Source of the DNA: Cyanophora paradoxa CCMP329
Taxonomy: Eukaryota > Plantae > Glaucophyta
DNA: 64,000 nucleotides
Assembly: GCA_004431415.1 (NCBI GenBank)
Contig: QPMI01000170.1
Coordinates: 151,622-215,621, forward strand
Reading direction: 5' to 3'
Shown piece after piece: positions 59,901-64,000 of this stretch (the stretch's first letter is position 1; each line of letters starts with the position of its first letter). The position numbers were made by a program, and so were the translations under genes. Below the pieces are notes generated by a model, which was not told the DNA's origin, did no database searches, and was given only the letters and a program-made list of their open reading frames with translations.

Positions 59901-61190
59901 GGCCGGCGCCACGAAGCAGTCCACGTGCCGGCACGCCTCCAGCACCGCCGCCATCCGCGCCCCCACCTGGGCCCTCTCTGAGCCGCGCCGCGCCCGGAGC
60001 GGGGTGGGGCTGGGCCGGGGCGGACCCAGCGCGTCCAGTAGGCGGCGTCGGCCTCGGCCTCGGCGGGGAGGCCCGTGGCGAGGCGGTTGAAGCAGTCCGC
60101 CGCGCACCGCTCGTCCCGCTGCCCCTCGCACGCCGCCCACGGCTCCCCCGCCGTCAGCCCGCTCTTCAGGAACTGGCCCCGCGGGCACATCAGCCTGCGC
60201 GCCGCCCGTGAGCTCGCGCCGGGGCTGCGGTGGGCGGGCGGAGCGGGCGGGGGGGCGGGCCAGAAGTCGTGGAGGGTGAAGAGGACGCGGGCGCCGCGGG
60301 CCTTGGCGACGGCGGGGAGGCCCACGCTGAGGTGGTTCAGGTGCCTGCGCGCCCCGCGCGCCGGCGTCTGAGGGCGCCAGCGAGCTCGGGCTCGAGGCGC
60401 GCACCCGAAGTGGACCACGTCGGGCTTGAACTCGGCGCAGACCTGCGCGCGCGCCGGCCGGCCCGAGCGCGCTCGGGCGGGCGGGTCGAGGCGGGGGCGG
60501 GGCGGGGGCGGGCGCGGACTGCGTCAAAGGCGGCGTCGATGGCGGCGTCGGCGAAGGCGGCGTTGGAGCGTGCGTGGTTGACGAGGCGCACGGCGACGCG
60601 CCCGTCGCGCGCGTCCCGCCCCGCCCGCACGCCGTAGTCCGGCGCGGTCGGGTCCTCCTCGCGCGCGAAGACGAGGACGTCGTGGCCGGCGTCGGCCAGG
60701 CCCCGCCCCAGCGTCTGCGTGTAGATCTCGCTCCCCGCGCTGTACAGCGGCGGGTACCTGCGCCGCCCGCGTTCAGGTCCGGGAGCGACAGAGGCTCGGG
60801 GACGGACCCGTAGTTCACGAGAAGGATCCTCATGCGCTCCGATGGGGCGGGCGAGGGCGCGCCGGCGTCCGCATGCGAAGTACTTGTGGCGGAGACGACC
60901 CGATCATGATCGATATCAGGGAACGCGGCCGGCGGAGCAGGAGCGGAACGGCGGGAGAACAGCCGATGCTCGCTGCCGGTGAAGAAGAGCTTCGCGGACG
61001 CGCGGGAGCAAGGCCGGCCTGCGCATGCCGCGGCCGCGGTCGACGTCGCGGACCGCCGAGAGCTCGAGCACCTCGAGCGCGCGCATGCGGACGCCCCATC
61101 GAAAGAGGCGCGCGGAGACGAACGGCAGCCTAGGCCTTCGAATGCGACAGGGGCGCTGCCGAGAGCAGGCACGAAGAGCGGAGAGGGCAT
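56995..61190 (-). CDS. Fusion of a GT4 (GT-B) glycosyltransferase and a radical SAM/SPASM-like enzyme, with a putative plastid presequence
   Basis: GT4 part: MRILLVNYG|YPPLYSAGSEIYT, KPDVVHFG|H, TLHDFW|LMCPRG, FLGRLHPSKG, VVPSVWDECSPLVIHE|A, GGMAEQV. It continues in frame into DTNPDDCNLHCEMC (CxxxCxxC), STMGEPL, LTTNG and the C-terminal CPFL...FDPCC...FGNV...CRTC. Stop at 56995-97. Confidence 0.9.
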
Positions 61191-61639
61191 ATCCTGTAGC
61201 GGTGGAAGGATGTCAACGAGCGATACAAACGCACAATGTAGAACTCACTCTGGAAAACTTGCACCTTGCAATTGTGGAAAACCGCAACTGACGGAAAGCC
61301 GCAACTGACGGACTTCCGATCGCGATCGCTGCATGCACCTGTACGCCCCAGTTGGGCCGAAAATTGGGCCGAAAGTACGGCTCCGGTCGCGATCGAGTCC
61401 GCGATGGCAGTACCGGTACCGCAATTGATGATGAGCGCCACTGCTGCGGCTATCCATATGTGCGCAGTGCAGCTGCTGATCATGAGCTGCAGCTGCAGCA
61501 CAGAGCCCTCCGAAGTTTAAGGAGAGGATGCGCGTATACTTGAAAGCAGAGATCCAGAGCAATTGCGATGTAACCCTCGGCCTCATTTCTCACTTCCACT
61601 GATCATGAGCCCAGGGCCGGGCCCCGTTGCAAGTACTAG

Positions 61640-63677
61640 TCAGGGGCGGGTCTCCGGGGCGACTGCGGCCGCGGGGAGGCGGGTGCGGAGGGCGGCGGCG
61701 GCGAGGAGTGCGGCGGCGGTGGCGGCGGTGGAGAGGAGTCCAAGGGGCCGCCACGCCTCCGCGAGGCCCCCGCAGGCCGCCCCGCACGCCAGCGCCAGCG
61801 CCGCCCCCAGCGCCTTTCCCGCCGCCTGCGCTGCGCCCCGGCGTGAGAGGGCGAGAAGAAGGGAGGAAACGCAGCCGGCGGGGCGGACCGAGGACGTCGA
61901 CGCGGGCCTTGGCGGCGCGGCGCTGCCCCGCGTCTGCCAGCGCCCAGAGCGCCTGCACGCCGCGCGCCCTGGCGACCTCGCCCCGGAGCCCGGAGTGCAG
62001 CGCGGGGCCGGTCGCGAGGCAGCGCGCACGGCGTCCTTGGCGGGGTCGAGGAGGGCATACTTGCCGGCCCGCGAGACGGCCTGCAGCACCTGGCCCGCCG
62101 CCACCGCCGCCCCCAGCGCCCCCGGCCCCGCCGCCGCGGCCGCGAGGAAGGGCAGGGAGGCAGCGAGGACGGCGAGAGGCGTGGCGGCGGCGGCGAGGGG
62201 CAGGCGGGCGGGGCGCGCGAGGAGGGCCCCGCGGGGAGCAGCGCCGCCACCATCGCCGCCCCCGTCATCTGAGCCGGAGTCAGGCGGGCCCGAGCGGGCC
62301 GGGGCGGCGGGGCGGGGCGGACGGCCTCGAGTGCGGCGACGTGGGCGGCGAAGCGGGCGGCGGAGCCGGCGGCGGCGCGCTGCGCGAGGGCCTTCCAGAG
62401 GACTCCAGCAGCAGGCTCCCGCGTTGTACCCCGCCACCAGCGCCCCCAGCGCCGCCGCCGTCGCCCCCGCCGACTCCTCCCCGCCCCGCCCGCCCGGCAC
62501 GGCCCCCGTCGCTTGCTCCGCGGCCTCCGCCCCGCCCGGCTGGGGGCTGGACTCGGCGCCAGCCGGGGAGGCGGCGGCGAGAAGGAGAGCGGTGGCTGCG
62601 GCGGCGGCGGCAATGGCGGAGCAGAGGGCGAGTACTGGGCCGGGGGCTAGGGGACCGGGCGAGGGCGGGGCGAGGCGGCGGGTGAGGGCGGCACCGGTGA
62701 GGAGGCCCGGGAAGTTGGCGGCGATGATGGCGGCGGGGAGGGCGGGGCGCCCGAGGAGGGGCGGGAGGGCGTCGTTGAGGGCGTGCCCCACGAGCGCGGA
62801 GAGGGCGAGGGCCGCCCACAGCTCCGCCCCCGCGAAGAAGAGCCCCGCCGGCCTGCCCCGCCCCACGCGCACCTCTCAGCCCCTGGCGCCGGCCGGGGGC
62901 AAGTCGGCGCACCACGCGGCGAGGAGCCGGGCGAGCGCGGCGGGGAGGCCGAGGGGCGCGAGGGCGGCGGCGGCGGCGGCGCCGTGGCCGGCGACGCGGG
63001 GTAGAGGAGCGCCCCGAAGGCGAGGGCCGCCCCGAGAAGGGCAGGACAGCGGCGAGCGCGAGCGGCCGCGGGGCGAGGCGCCGCGCCGCGCAGCCGTACG
63101 CGGCGGCGGCGGCCCAGGCGGCGGGCAGGAGGGCGATGCGCAGGAGGGGGATCGCGTCGGCGCCGGCGTGCTGCGCCACCAGCGTGTCTGCCGGGAGGCC
63201 AGGCGGTCACGTTGGAAGCCCGGCGAACGGAGACGGGGGCGGGCCTTTAAGGCTGCGGGCGACCGTGTTGGCGACCAGTGCGCAAAAGAAGGACGCCACC
63301 GCCGCGGCCGCCCTGCCGCGGAGGCCCTGGAGTGGCGCGCGCGTCAAGCGACGTAGAAGGGGAGCGCGTCTAAATGCACGCACGGTCTGCTTGTCAGGAA
63401 CGGCTTCGGATCCGCTGCACGCGACGGCTTTCGTGTCGGGGCGCGAGGGGAGGGCGAATATTAATGTGCGGCGGCCGTGAATCCAGCTGCAGCGGGGCCC
63501 CTGCGGACGCGGTATGCAAACAAAGACGCGATTTGCAACTGAGCCGATGTCATTGGGAGGGCGCCGGAGCTCGGGAGCGCGAGCTCGAGGCGACGGAGCC
63601 AGCCGAGGGTTGGACTGGCTTTGAATGCCCGCGCCGTGAAACCAACCAAGCGGCGCTGGTGCAACGAACGCGGCCAT
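61640..63677 (-). CDS. Divergent TLC-family (NTT-like) ATP/ADP or nucleotide transporter with a plastid-type presequence
   Basis: MAAFVAPAP N-terminus, NTVARSLK|DTLV...GADAIP, FFAGAELW, ANF, LLESLWK (after correcting homopolymer indels), AGKYALLDPAKD and AKARVDV..GK. Confidence 0.78.
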
Positions 63678-64000
63678 CGAAATCGCGCCGCAAAGGTTCA
63701 AATTCGGTCGAACTTGGCGTCCGGGCGGCGGGTACGCAATCCGAGGATGGCCTTCGTCTGCTCTCCGCCGGCCGTCGCGCGCCATCTCGCACGACCTGCT
63801 TTCCTCGGGAACATCGCGTCGCTTTCCGCGCATCCTCGAACGGCTGCTCTGCGCCGGCAGTTGGGCGCCTCGCGCCCCTGCGGCCGCTCGCCCCAGCTGC
63901 AGTTCACTTTCATGGCAGAACTGGAAAGCATAAGCGCTCGTCCATCGGACGATGGGACGCACCACGTTGACGAGAGCGGCCGCCCTCTATACGCGGAGCG

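Overview
This is very GC-rich, gene-dense eukaryotic nuclear DNA with many short introns (mostly about 50-80 nt), so the long six-frame ORFs are mostly artefacts. It comes from a flagellated alga, since it carries PACRG and N-termini of the MAAFV/LFVP type that resemble plastid transit peptides. A glaucophyte such as Cyanophora is my inference, not proven. About 20 spliced genes can be reconstructed: a TRF2/HOY1 PH-like protein, EMC2, an SUGP1-like protein, RPL37A, RPA3, a GT2-like enzyme, an acyltransferase-3, MAF1, an F-box/LRR protein, an S6K-like AGC kinase, SNRNP40, PACRG, a LIN37-like protein, a Btz/CASC3-like protein, an IPT-filamin-vWA protein, a treble-clef zinc-ribbon repeat protein, an SGNH hydrolase, a GalE-like epimerase, a GT4-radical SAM/SPASM fusion and a divergent TLC/NTT transporter. 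The middle of the window (29.8-39.3 kb) is a nested mobile-element stack. A 9.5-kb TIR element (TSD TAG) contains a hAT-type MITE, a GC satellite and a non-autonomous LTR element that carries a 565-bp-arm palindrome. Top candidates for novelty: (1) the bacterial-type GT4-radical SAM fusion with a putative plastid presequence, clustered with GalE-like, SGNH and NTT-like genes; (2) frequent GC-AG introns with degenerate donors and C-rich 5'/G-rich 3' halves; (3) the hairpin-carrying LTR element. Scattered 1-nt homopolymer indels look like assembly errors. Gene ends are approximate.
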